A stretch of 64,000 nucleotides of DNA, from NCBI GenBank assembly GCA_905178155.1, contig CAJINV010000008.1, positions 3,869,420 through 3,933,419 of the forward strand. The letters run 5' to 3'. Positions 1-11,919 of the stretch are shown piece by piece. The position numbers and the translations under genes are program-made. The notes under the pieces were generated by a model that worked only from the letters and a program-made list of their open reading frames with translations, was not told the DNA's origin and ran no database searches. The DNA is from Amoebophrya sp. A120. Lineage: Eukaryota > Protista > Dinoflagellata. The number at the start of each line of letters is the position of its first letter. The stretch's first letter is position 1.

Positions 1-3000
1 CGCGTCGAACCCGCAGCTGGTTGTAACTCAGTCGAGTAATCTCAGCCAATTTGGGCCCGGCATGCTGGGGAACCAAATTCACACGAACGCGTCGTCAAAA
101 AAGTCCTCAAAAGGCACGTCCTCATCCGCGCACCAAAGCCCAAACAACGCCTTCGCGACCTCGTCCGGGGCGCCCGCGACAGGTCATAAGTTTTTTCAGG
201 GCCAGAGTGGCGGACACGGACATCTTCAGCACCAGTCGCAGCATGGCAGCAGTAAAGGGATCAGCTCTGCGAACCATTCGAAAGCAACTGCCACGGCAAT
301 GGGAACAGCGGCAGTAGCTGCTGGCTCTCCTCTCGCAGCAGCAGCACCGTCCTCCTCGTCGACACAGCCTTCGATGAAGTTTTCGTCGATCGCGGCAGCG
401 ACAGCGCTGCAGAAAAGAATAGCGGGGTTGACTAGCAGCGCGTCCTCTTCACTTTCCGTTGATGCACTGGTGAAGCAGAAAATCAGTCCACTAGGTGCTT
501 GTCAAAGTCAAAGTAGTGGAGCGAACCTCATGCAGCTCCACCTCGATGGTGCACCAAACGCGGATCAGCAGGATGGAAGCGCACCATCTAGTTCACTTTT
601 ATTTCTCGACCACCAGCTGGGCTCAACGTCCGCGCCGGACATTTTGAACCGAAACTCGACTACAACTGTGATATCTGACACCACTGGCACAGACACCGTC
701 TCTCCTGGCCTGAAACCGATAAACACGGAGGAGTCGCTCGACGCAGACACCACTTGGGGGGCGGAGCTCGGTGCGAGCTTGTCCGGGTCGATTAAAGATG
801 CGTGCGGGAAGAAGCCCGAGAAGCTAGACAAAACAGAACTGGCCAACATTCTGGCGAAAGCCATGATTCCCGCAATACATAGAGTGTATCAATTCATTTT
901 TTCAAGTCAGATGCTGTGAGTAGCAGTAGGTGAAATCAATAAGAACCTTAACGTAGCTTTTCCGCCGATGCATGATAATCTTATAGACCTACGAGATTAT
1001 GTAGTTGTTCTACTTCATCTCGTTCTCGTCCTGTGGATGACTTCTGCCACTAGTAGCCTGGTTAAGGTTGCGGCAGCTGTGACATGATAAGACTCTAGTA
1101 CGTGAAGACGAGAACAAGTAGATCATGACGTTGCAATGAAGAAGATGAAGAACCCGAAAATCTTCAAAATTTCAGGCAACGACAGAAGAAGGAGGAGCGG
1201 CGACGGCAGCGCGCGGCGATGTCGAGCACGACCTCGCTTGGGAGCAGTGTCACCTCGGCGTCGAACATCATCGCGGGCGCCACCCGAGCCTCGTCCGGCT
1301 CCTTGAAGAGCCGGAACTCCTCGGAGGTCCTGGTGTGCCAGTTCGACGAGCGCGGAAACGTCAGTGTCCTGGAACGCAACCAGCACGGCACGAGTAGTAT
1401 CCTGTGCAAAAGCATCGTACTCGTACTAATCGCAGTCATGCAAGACAAATTCTATTATGCAAGCTAAATCAGAATGACAAATTCCGTTTGTCATGCTGAG
1501 CTAATTTGTGTTGCAATACAACTACGAGTACGAAGATACTTTTGCAGTTCATAAGCAGACCCAAGGTTTTCTCCCTCGAAGACCTGAGCCGCAGAAGGGA
1601 CACGGAGGGAACGCTTGCGGATGTCAAGTCGGTATTGATACATATGAAAGATGATACTCGGGTGAACCGAATAGAAAAAAAACGCCAGCCAATTGCAATA
1701 GCAATGGCCGCGGTGGTGCACAAAAATTAGGAATTCTTGCAAGAAGAAGCAGAAACTTCTTTTCTTTTTGCAGCATGAGCATGACGAACAACATTTCTCT
1801 ATGTAGGTTCTTCGCGAATACCTAGACGGGCAGCGAAATAGCAGTAGCAAGCCGCTCCGCAAAGCCGCAGACCAGCAGAGCTCCTCGAGCCTTTTCCCTG
1901 TGGGTTCTTTTGACGAATTGATTCGCGCGGCCAGCAGCACCACGCCAATGACCGTCTCGGAAAGCTTTCATGCGCTGGGTTCAGAGGGAAATTTCTCACG
2001 GTCGAGCTCCATCATCGGTACAATGTTTGCGTTTGTGCATGGCGAATACATAGTGACAGTCTGATTTAGTTGAGTCAACTAAATGGCATTGGCAGCTTCT
2101 TCCCGATTCGCTTGTGATGGCGAGAAAGATGACGACGAGTCAACAAATGGCCATATACATAGAATGCCTCATTTTGCGTGTGCAGGCACAGGCTGTTATA
2201 CGAATTTTGATTCGAACGGAAGAAAAAAAATCTTCTCCTCGTGATGGCTCTTTACAAAAAAGCAAAAAAAAATCCACCAGGCTCCACGACGACGAGCGTG
2301 GCGGGGGCGGAATCCGCGTACAATTACAAGGAGCGCAACAGTCGAGGCCACCGCTTCCGAAAACACCACACCGGGGCCGGCTCGTCGGAGCACAGCTTCC
2401 AAAATTTCAAGTCCTCCTCCAGTATGCGCAAGGTGATTGGCAACCACAAGGCCCTTCTTCTTCGCAAGAACGGCCGCGAGATTGTGGTTTGCATTCCGGA
2501 GGGGTTAGCAGGTGGTGCGAACAGCAACAATTCCGCCGGGATGTTGAACACTGCTTCGAACAAAAATCTGATGGGCACCAGTACGACCGGCGGTGGCAGC
2601 TCGTGCAGCACCACGACAGAGACGGCGGGAACCAGGGGCGCCACAAGCAGGTCGTCCAACAAAAACTCGTCGCATGGTCCGGGCGTCAAGAAGTTCTCCT
2701 CCACCAACTCTTCCTATGCATTGCAAAAGTGTTGTGCCAGTAGAAATCAGAATCGCATCACAAATTTGGTCAGCATGAACAATCAAAATGGAATTTGTAA
2801 TGCTGGTTCCTAACTAACATGTACAGAGAAAAATCTGCCATGCGTGAAGATTGCCATTAGTACGATACTTTTGCACAGGATGCTTCCCGGGCCAACACGA
2901 CGGTGCACGAGCAGAGCTTCGAGCGCGAACACGTGCCCTTCGTCAGCGAGAGTCCGAGCATCGACATGAAAAGCACTAGTAGGAGTGTGTACAGCATGCA

Positions 3001-3127
3001 CCCGCCGTCACGAGTCCTCGGCGGGGGGCAGAGCAGCCAACAGTTCAACAACGCGGCAAGTAGCTCGTCAGTGAGCCGGGGCGGGAACAGTAGGACGATG
3101 AACAAGATGAGTGCTGTGGGGTACTAA
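1..3127 (+). CDS. 5'-partial spliced hypothetical low-complexity (Ser/Thr/Gly-rich) protein interrupted by two introners
   Basis: Frame is open from the window start through ORF 62..919. Inferred GT-AG introns 916-1175, ~1635-1806 and ~2018-2280, plus removal of 1398-1558 and 2715-2887, join ORFs 62, 1219, 1506, 2241 and 2903 in frame (HGTS|RPKVF; TNSS|RANTTVHEQ). No recognisable domain. Confidence 0.65.
1398..1553. mobile_element. Introner family A (TIR element acting as non-canonical intron)
   Basis: Ends TATCCTGTGCAAAAGCATCGTACTCGTA ... TACGAGTACGAAGATACTTTTGCAGTTCATA. Flanks AGTAG (1393-1397) / AGCAG (1554-1558). Removing 161 nt restores the frame. Reverse-complement homolog of 51612-51743. 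Confidence 0.85.
2715..2882. mobile_element. Introner family A
   Basis: TATGCATTGCAAAAG ... TAGTACGATACTTTTGCACAGGATG. Duplication CTTCC at 2710-2714 and 2883-2887. Removing 173 nt fuses ORF 2241 to ORF 2903 in frame. Confidence 0.85.
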
Positions 3128-3378
3128 ATAAAATTTGATTGCTTTGATAGAACAGAAACTGAAACTACTGCCGAGAATATTCATAAGAAACTGTATGGGA
3201 ACCACGAGTTGTTGTGACCTGCGTTCTTCTGACTTATTGCACTTCGTACTCGCTGTCGCTGCAGAAATTTATTTTCCACCGTTGCTTCAACATACGTTTA
3301 CGTTATATAGTTACTATCATCATTCACGATCTTCACCTCCCCAGCCCCATTTCCGAGCGCGGTGGTGGCAACCACGAG

Positions 3379-6300
3379 ATGAATAACAATCGGTCCAGCC
3401 GGCGCAGCGGCAACAACCGGAACAAGCACAACCGCAACCAAGACCACCACAACACCCATAGTCACAGTGGTGGGAAACGGCGTTCGAGCACCAGCAAAAT
3501 GTATGAAATTATGCAGCACGGCGAGGAGACGCCGCCTCCTCCACCCCCGTTGCACGCCCCGGCCTACACACCAACCGCGGGCGGCACGCCGCTCCAGGCC
3601 TACATGACCGCGCCAGGGAGCTACGGTCCGCCGCCCGGGCCGGCGCCCCACCACCACCAGCAGTACGGTCCTGCGGCTCACATCGGGCCTGCTGGTATCA
3701 AATGTAAAAATGTCTGGGTCTGGAAGAGTCATGCTGTTTTTGCATGACACAGAAGGTCTGGCATGGAAGCTCTAGCATCACAGGTTTCGAGAAGCTTCCG
3801 CAATGCCAATGCCGAATCCGCATGACAGATCCCCCAACTTGGTGACAGAAAGTGGGCAGCTTTTGCTACCTATGCATGAGAGATTTTTCTGTGTTCTGAA
3901 AGAGAGTATGTTGGAAAAAAAAAAATCTCAAAGAAATTCTACCGACGGCCTAAAGAGATTCTCCCTCAAAGACATTCCTCCTGCGAGAATATGCCAGGAA
4001 ACGACAAGAAGGACACGCCTGGCGCAACACGGGGCGAGCGCATCAGACGGGGCGCGCTTGGTGGGTTTGTTACCGGTCGCCACCGTCGCGCCGGCGCGCT
4101 GGAAGGGCTTGCGCTAGGCCGGGGCGCCATCGCTATTCAGCGCCTTGTTGGTGCTAGCCTGGCATCGGGGCGCCGGGCTGGTTCGCTGCCTTTTATCTTT
4201 CGCTCGCCCCTTTCCTTCGCCATGGCCGACGTGTTTCAGCCGAGGGAGGCTGCCCCCCTTTCCTATGAAATCCGACGCAACGAAACCGCGCGGCGTTGCG
4301 TGTTCCATCGGTTCGTTTTCTAGCCCTGCCCCTCGTTGCAAATAGAACGACGAAGCTTCCCACCTTCGCTACCCTCTCGCGGTTTTTGCTTCTGACGTGG
4401 CACGCCTCATTCTGTCCAGCGTCGCACTGTTTTGTTTTTGGGCAGCGGCGAGCCTTTGCGTGCGCTCCCGAAGCCTGAAGAGAGGTCGAAGCCGCGCGAG
4501 GTCTGTTTGCAAGTGTGACGCGCGGCCAAATTTTTTGTAAAGTATTGCCTTGCCCGCGCGGGCCCTCAAAGTTTTGAAAATAAAAGCTCTCCCCGCCCGT
4601 GATTTTGAGGCCCGCAGCCGGATCCGGGCGCGGGGGCCGAAAATTTTTTCTTCGCCCGCACGCAGCGCGCGCGCACCCACGCGGGAGCCGGGGACGGCAT
4701 TCATTCTTCGCCGCCGCTCTCTCAGTTGCGAAAAATCGTATTTCGCCCGCGCGGTTGAAGCCCGCGGCCGCCTGTGTGATATGTCTTTGGCCGGCGAGGG
4801 GCGAAGAAATTTTGTTTCCTCGCCCGCGCGCTGGCGTGCGCGCAGATTTTGATCACTCAGGGTCGGGGCCTACCGTGTTCGGCGTTGTTGCTTGTGCCGG
4901 CCGGGCAAAAAATTTTTTCGCGCTGCGCGCGCGTGCCTTTGTAGCGGTTTCGCAAAAGCGATCGCTTTGCGCCCGTGCGCGATTAGGGGCGGACCCGGAC
5001 AAGGTCGCGGCATCGCGCTCGACGTTCATCTTGTGCCGGCTGCACAGAAACGCGCTTGGAGCTACTGCGCCGGGAGTGCGAAGCTTTTTTCCCGCGCGCG
5101 GACCCTTTACTTCGCCCGGCCACACTGTTTGGCGCTGCTCCTTTTCGCTTTACGGAAATTTTTCGTCGCCCGCGCGCCGTGCGCGCGGTGGGTTAGTTTT
5201 TCTCAAGGCCGGGGCCAGCATTGCTGCCGTATCGATCGCACGTCAGGCGGGGCGGTGCGCGAGCGTGAGGCCCGCGGCCGTCTCTGCGATATGTCTGTGG
5301 CCGCCGAGTGGCGAAAAATTTTCCGCGCCCGCGCGTTCCTGCGCGCGCAGACATTGATCAGTGTCGGGGCCTACCGCGCTGGTCCGGTGTTCGTTGTTGC
5401 TTGTGCCGGCCGGGCAAACAAAAAAAAAAAATTCGCCCGCGCGCTGCGCGCGCGGCAATTTACCAAAGCCGGGGGCAACATACATACAGAGTCCGCCCGA
5501 GGCCGGTTTGCCGATCGGGCAGAGTTTTTTTCTCCGCCCGCGCGTTGCGCGCGCGAACCTTGACGAGGGTCGGCGCTGAGGCATCGCGCTCGGCGCTTCT
5601 GTGTCGGCTGCGGAAAAAACGAAATTTTTCGGCCGCGCGCGATGTTGGACGGGGCCGCGGCACCTCGTTCGGCGGTTCTTCGCCGGCTGCACAAAAACGC
5701 GCCCGGCGCTGCTTCGTCGGGCCCGACGCTGCTGCGCCGGGGGCGCAAAATTTTTTTCTCGCCCGCGCGCTGCGCGCGCGATTTTATCATGCTGCCGAGC
5801 CTGCGCCAGATTGTTCGGCGCCTCGCCCCCCTTTGCGCTTGGCGAAAGTTTTTCGTCGCTCGCGCGCGGCGGGCTTTCATGTTTTTCCTCGCTCGCGCGG
5901 CGCCTTACCGCCTGACGCTCAGGCGGTAACGCGCCGGGCGGATTTTTGTCTTTTCAGCTTGGCAATTTTTTTTTCGGGCTTGAAAAAATTCGGGGCGCCC
6001 ATTTCGCGTAAACCTGGCGGGCCCCGCCCCCCCTCATTTCGAGCATGTGGTAGTTGCGCTCTTTCGCAACCCTCCCGGGGCCAAGATTTTTTCTCTGTTC
6101 CTCGACGCAGCATTTCTGCGATTTTTCTTCGTCAGTCTCTTTGGGCCCGGCCCGCGGGCTTTTGAAGTTTGAAGATAGATTAGGCGGGCGGACTTTTGGG
6201 GTAGGGGGTGCGTGCCTTGCCAAGTAAAAAAACGAAGAAAGACGCTGGGCGGGTGTAGGAATAAGTTGGGGAAGTGCAGCTTGGCTGCAATTTGGGTGGT

Positions 6301-9300
6301 AGGTCGGGGCTGTGTAACTCTTCTCTGGAGATGCGAAGCGGCGCGCGCCTCTTCGCATCCCCACGCGCACATCTGTAGCTCCCAGAAATCGATCGCTTGT
6401 CTGTCGTGGGGCGGGCGACGATGCTCGTCGCTTCGAGCACGACCGCCATCTCCTGCAGGTCCGAAACGCGCTTCGGGGTTTCCGGCGCTGGATCTCCGTG
6501 TGAAGCGGAGCCGGACTATAGAGGAAGGAATTAGCGACGGAGACGGACTTTAGGGGCCAGCTTTGGGGGGCAAAACTAGCGATGGAAAGTGGGGTCGGGT
6601 GCGAAAGGTCGGGCGTTAGAAGGCCGCGTCGGGCGGCGTGTTGGGGCTTCGTCGTCTAAGATGGTCTTCTCGGATTTCTCTCCACATCAGGAGCCCCCGT
6701 ACCAGAGAAATGAGCAGGTGCGTGGACGAGGGGGCCGGAGGCTGTATCTACCAGGTAGATACAGCCTCCTGGGGGGGCCTGTAGCTAGGAGGCCTTCTTT
6801 GGGAGCCTGTATCTACCAGGTAGATACAGCCTCCTTCTACCAGGTAGATATAACCTCCTTTGTTTGGGAGCCTGTATCTATGTCCAGGTAGATGCAGCCT
6901 CCTTAGATGCAGCCTCCTTCGGGAGCCTGTAGCAGCTAGGAAGCCTTCTGCTTCTGTGGGAGCTTCTATCTACCGGGTAGATACAGCCCGCGCTAGGGAG
7001 CAGGGTAGGACTGGCGGCCTCGTCCCCACAGCATTAGCTCCCGCCGTGGGCGATTTTCCAGGATATTGGTGTTTTTTGCCCGAATGGTAGTGTTTAGCAT
7101 AGCCAATTCTGGCTACCCAGGGCAGTGGTTGCCCCAGCTGGGGAGGCTCGACAGCAGTCCCCGGCGGGACCGGGCAGGGGCGGGAGGATGGGGCAGGGCC
7201 GCGAGAATCTCTTTGCCAAAGAGATTCTCCCTCACCTGTGGAGAATCTCTTTGTCAAAGAGATTCTCTCACTCGGCGAGCAAGCACGGCCGCAGGAGATT
7301 AACAAATAAAAGGCCAGAAACGCCGCTCCTTGCTCAACCGACGTGCCTGCTCAAGTTAACAATCAAATAAAAGCCAAAAACCGACGTTCCTTGCTCAACC
7401 GACGTGCCTGCTCAAGTTAACAAATAAAAGCCAAAAACCGACGCTCCTGCTCAACCGACGTGCCTTTTCAGCAGAATCTCGCACCTTTTCCGGAGAATTT
7501 CTTTAGATTCCAGAGAATCTCTTTGAGCCTAAGAGATTCTCCGAGATTTTCTTTGCGGCAAGCCTAGTAAATGTCGAGAAAAAAAAAATACGGTAGAAAA
7601 AATCGCAAAGCATCTAGAAAAAATCAAACCGGGCTCCCACTGTAGAAAAAACCAGTCGGGTGCTTTGAGAAAAATCGAGAAGAATGCGCGAAAAATTTTC
7701 TCCGCGCGCGCGCTGCGCGCGCGGCGAGGTTGTTTCTCAGCGTCTCTGCACATGGGGCGCGCCCCAATCTCCGTCTGTCGCTTGAAAAATTTTCTCCGCG
7801 TGCTGCGCGCGCGAGTTTCCTGCCTCGGCCTTCGTCTTGGCCGCCGAGTATGTGGGTGCGGTTCTTCTGCACACAATGCGCGGCCCCGCCTGGCCGCGTG
7901 GCCCGCTTGTCATGTCGGAAAAATTTTCTCCGCGCGCTGCGCGCGCAGCGAGGTGTCTTGTCAGCGCTCCCCACACATGGGGCGCGCACCTACCTCCGTC
8001 TGCCGCTTGGAAAATTTTCTCCGCGCGCTGCGCGCGCGGCGAGATTGCTTCTTCGCGTTCCCTACACATGGGGCGCGCCCCCCACCTTCGCCTGTCGCTT
8101 GAAAAATTCTCTCCGCGCGCTGCTCGCGCGGCGAGGTTGCTTCCAAACGTTCCCAGCACATGTGGCGCGCCCCCACCCCCGTCTGCCCTTTGGAAATTTC
8201 CTCCGCGCGCTGCGCGCGCAGCGAGGTTGCTTCTCAGCATTGCCCACGCATGGGGGGCGCCCCCATCTCCATCTGCCCCTTGAAAAATTTGCTCCGCGCG
8301 TTGCGAGCGCGGCATTGCTACCGTTGCCGTCTTCTTGGCCGCGAAGTATGTCGGCTCGGATCGTCTGCACCCAAAGCCGCGCGCGTCCGCTTGGTTGCGT
8401 GGCCTGCTTTTCGAAAAAATTTCCCCCGCGCGCTGCGCGCGCGGCGAGGTTGCTTCTTAGGGCCCCCCACACATGGGGCGCGCCCGCGCCTTCGTTTGCC
8501 GCTTGCAAAATTTTTCTCCGCGCGCTGCGCGCGCGGCGCGGTTGCTTCTCGGCATTCCCCACACATGTGGCGCGCCCCCACCCCCGTCGGCCCTTTGAAA
8601 AATTTTCTCCGCGCGCTGCGCGCGCAGCGAGGTTGCTTTTCAGAATCCCCCGCACATGGGGCGCGCCCGCATCTCCGTCTGTCGCGGACTTGAAAAATTT
8701 GCTCCGCGCGCTGCGCTCGCGGCTTTGCTCCCTTTGCCTTCTTCTTGGCCGCGAAGTATGTTGGCTCGGTTCGTCTACACCCAATGCCGCGCGCCCCCGC
8801 TTGGCTGCGTGACCCGCTTGTCGGAAAAATTCTCCCCATACATTGCGCGCGCGGCGAGGTTGGTTCTCAGCGCCCCCCACACATGGGGCGCGCCCCCACC
8901 CCCTTCTGCCGCTTGAAAAATTTTCTCCGCGCGCTGCGCGCGCGGCCTTGCTGCCTTCTCTTTGGCCGCCGAGTATTTGGCTGCGGTTCTTCCGCACACA
9001 ATGCGCGGCTCCGCCTGGCCGCGTGGCCCGCTTGTCATGTCGGAAAAATTTTCTCCGCGCGCTGCGCGCGCGGCGAGGTTTCCTGCCAGCTGCCCCCACA
9101 CATGGGGCGCGCACCCACCTCCGTCTGCCGCCTGAGAAATTCTCTCCGCGCGTTCCGCGCGCGGCGAGGTTGCTCCTTAGCGTTCCCCACAAATGGGGCG
9201 CGCCCCCGGCTTCGCCTGCCGCTAGAAAAATTTTCTCCGCGCGCGCGAGGTTGCTGCCCAACGTTCCCCGCACATGTGGCGCGCCCCCACCCCCGTCTGC

Positions 9301-11919
9301 CCTTTGGAAAATTTTCTCCGCTTCTCAGAATTCCCCACGCATGGGGCGCGCCCCCATCTCCATCTGTCGCTTGAAAAATTTGCTCCGCGCGCTGCGAGCG
9401 CGGCATTGCTACCTCTGCTGTCTTCTTGGTTGGCCGCGAAGTATGTCGGCTGGCTCGGTTCGCCTGCGCCCAATGCCGCGCGCTTCCGCTTGGTTGGTTG
9501 CGTGGCCTGCTTTTCGCAAAAATTTTCCCCGCGCGCTGCGCGCGCGGCGAGGTTGCTTCTTAGCGTTCCCCACACATGGGGCGCGCCCCCGCCTTCGTCT
9601 GTCGCACGCTTGGAAAATTTCCTCCGCGCGCTGCGCGCGCGGCCTTGCTGCCTCTGCCTTCTTCTTGGCCGCGAAGTGTGTAGGGTTGGCTACCCTGCAC
9701 CCAATGCGCCCGCTCCCTCGCTTTGCTGCGCTTCCCGCTTGTCGGAAAAATTTTCTCCGCGCGCTGCGCGCGCGGCGTGGTTGCCTCGCCGCGTTACCCG
9801 CGCCCACCGCGCGCTGCGCGCGCGGCTTTGTTATTTCTCTTTTCTCGGCCGCGAGGTCCGCTTTGTTTTGCACACCCAGCGCGCCCGCCCCCGCCTGGTT
9901 GCGTAGGTGGCGGGCCCGTTGGCCTGAAAGGAAAACGAACTTTGTCCGCTTGCAAGACGAGGCCGCTTCGTTCTCAGCGTTGCCCACACATGGGGCGCGC
10001 CCCCATTGCCGTCTGGCGCTTCGCGGTGCTGGGGCTTCGCGCATCGCTTCGCGCGTGCGCGTGTATTCGGCTTTTCCGCTTCTGGGTGGAGGTCTTTTGA
10101 TTTTCCCCGGAGGTGTTTGATTTTTTCTACCGTATTTTGGAGGTTTTCGGCCGCTGGCCTCGAATGGGCGGGACGAGAAGACTTTCGAGAAAAAGCGAGA
10201 ACTTCGAGAAAAAGTGAGAACTTCTCGAGTTCTTGCCATTTTCTCGCTTCTCTCGGTTTCGGACGAGTCCCGTTTGATTTTTTCTACAGCTGTAGAAAAA
10301 ATCAAAACGAGGCGCGTGCTTCTTGTGAGAAAAATCGTCGTCTTTGTGTTTTCTCGTTTGATTTTCTCTTTGTATCCTTTCTCTTCTTTTTTCTCTTTTC
10401 TTCTCGTTATGATTTTCTCTACATATTTTTGATTTTTTCTACCGACACTAGAAAAAATCAAATATTTTATGCGAGGCGACTGGCAGGCATGTTCACAAGT
10501 TTGTCTGCTTCCAGACCCAGACATATTAATTTGCATTGGATAGCTGGGATCCAGCACCACGGAACCACGTATTACCCGACACCCGCGCCAACGCCCACAT
10601 ATCACATGGATCCAATGGGAAATTACCAGCAGGCTCTGGGGAACCCCGCGCAGCCGTATGTCTACATGCAGGTATCTATTGAAGCTTAGATTTTGACCTA
10701 TCAACAGGACATCGATGTTGCTGGTGCTTTTATGCAGTTTGTTGATGCTGTTAGTGTTACTGGAGCTTGTGCTTTCAAATTTGCAACTTCCTGTGACTTT
10801 GTGAGCCAGAAATATATTTTTACGGAGAGCACGACCAATCTTGCGCTATTAACGCTGTGCGCGATCTTTCGAAGTAGGGTTGTTTGAGCCCAGGTGAAAA
10901 TTTTGACAATGAAAAGAATGCCGTCGCATTTCTTTGGTCCTTTTTGTTTACTTCTACGCTCCTACAAAACAAAAGTCAAATAAGTATAAAGTGGAAGTGC
11001 GTATCCAAAAAACAAAAATTGACTCCAGATTCCGTCGGCTCCCCAGGTGGTTTACCACCCCCTTGGCGGGTATCCGCAGATTACGCAGCTGCAGCCAATG
11101 CCGGCCAACTTGCAGCCAGCGCAAGTGCAGCAACTCACGCAACAACCGCCGCCACTAGGGCCACCTCAGCCGCAAAGTAACCCGGCGACGAGTATCAGTA
11201 TAACAAGTCCGAAGCAGCAGCACCACGCTGCTACTTTGAACTTGGTTGCTGCAGGCGGTGGCGCGGGACCACAAATGCCCTCTTCAAATAACGCGGCGAC
11301 ACAGCAGCTACTGAATCCGCTGGATTTGATCCCTCTCCCGTCCGGCGGCGACACCTGCAACAGCACGAGCTCTGCGGGAAATAACAGCACGATGACCGGG
11401 ACCACGACCATCCATGCGTCCTCCTCCACGTCGTCTGCGGGAGCGCCGGTCGTGGTCCCAGCTGCAGGAGCAGGTTGTGCCCCGCCGCCGATGGATCACA
11501 TGCAGTTGCTGCAACAGATCGCGCAGGGGGCCGGTACAACAACTCTCGGCGGTGGAGCTACTGCAGCCGCCTCATCAACATCCACCGCACAGCATCAGCA
11601 GCTGCCGCCACAACTGCCGTCCACGGTTGCAGCAGCTGTCGGAGGAGGAGGAGCCCCCGCCGGGGGTGCACCAGGAGCACCCGGCGGGCCACCAGTCCCG
11701 CCGATAAATCCGCAGGAGCTCTTGGGTTTGATTCCGCGAGAGCACCAACTAATCGGCACCATGGACGCGCGGGGCGGTATCACGTTCTTCAACAACGCAC
11801 TGCAGTCATTGACTGGTGGACCTGCAGCGGGAGCTCCGCCCTCTGGGGGTGCGCGTGCCGCTCCGGCAGGCGCGCCGGGTGGTGCAGCTGGCGGGGTGGC
11901 TCGGACTGGTCCAGGGTAA
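3379..11919 (+). CDS. Pro/Gln/Gly-rich hypothetical protein; exons ~3379-3695, 10548-10671, 11047-11919
   Basis: Removing 3696-10547 joins HIGPAG to IQHHGTTYYPTPAP with the same composition and frame. GT-AG intron 10672-11046 joins VYMQ to VVYHPLGG. The 3' end may continue via a GT near 11917. Confidence 0.7.
6737..6988. repeat. Cluster of ~5 palindromes of (C)TGTATCTACC-A-GGTAGATACAG(CCTCC)
   Basis: Perfect 16-bp arms with a 1-nt spacer at 6737-6769. Degenerate copies at ~6806, 6836, 6872 and 6967. Confidence 0.85.
7299..7464. repeat. Three tandem ~57-61 bp repeats
   Basis: Units start at 7299, 7356 and 7417: TTAACAAATAAAAG..CCTTGCTCAACCGACGTGCC. Confidence 0.9.
7685..9830. repeat. GC-rich satellite, ~20 units of ~91 bp and ~130 bp
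   Basis: Each unit begins GAAAAATTTTCTCCGCGCGCTGCGCGCGCGG. Short units carry CACATGGGGCGCGCCCC; long units carry CTTGGCCGC(G/C). Flanked by TAGAAAAAATC(A) motifs at 7590-7630 and inverted TTTGATTTTTTCTA motifs at 10115-10440. Confidence 0.9.

Larger units (their letters stand above)
3896..7565. mobile_element. Nested GC-rich non-autonomous element (part A), boundaries approximate
   Basis: AAAGAGATTCTC motifs near 3950 and inverted GAGAATCTCTTT motifs at 7200-7545. Interior has repeated AATTTT..CCCGCGCGCTGCGCGCG motifs. No TSD found. Confidence 0.45.
3696..10542. mobile_element. Giant introner family B (6.85 kb) carrying ~6.6 kb nested repeat DNA
   Basis: Left end TATCAAATGTAAAAATGTCTGGGTCTGGAAG; right end CTTCCAGACCCAGACATATTAATTTGCATTGGATA. 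Perfect GCTGG duplication at 3691-3695 and 10543-10547. The outer ~200 bp and ~60 bp resemble the reverse complement of the 262-bp element at 24315. Confidence 0.88.

Noticed and set aside
7685-9830. CRISPR-like regularly spaced palindromic repeat
   Set aside because: The intervening sequences are themselves homologous rather than unique spacers. Eukaryotic context and no cas genes.
3991-10704. Many long overlapping Arg/Ala-rich ORFs on both strands (up to 431 aa)
   Set aside because: By-products of a stop-poor GC-rich satellite. No transposase or other domain motifs. Only 10548-10671 looks like a real exon.
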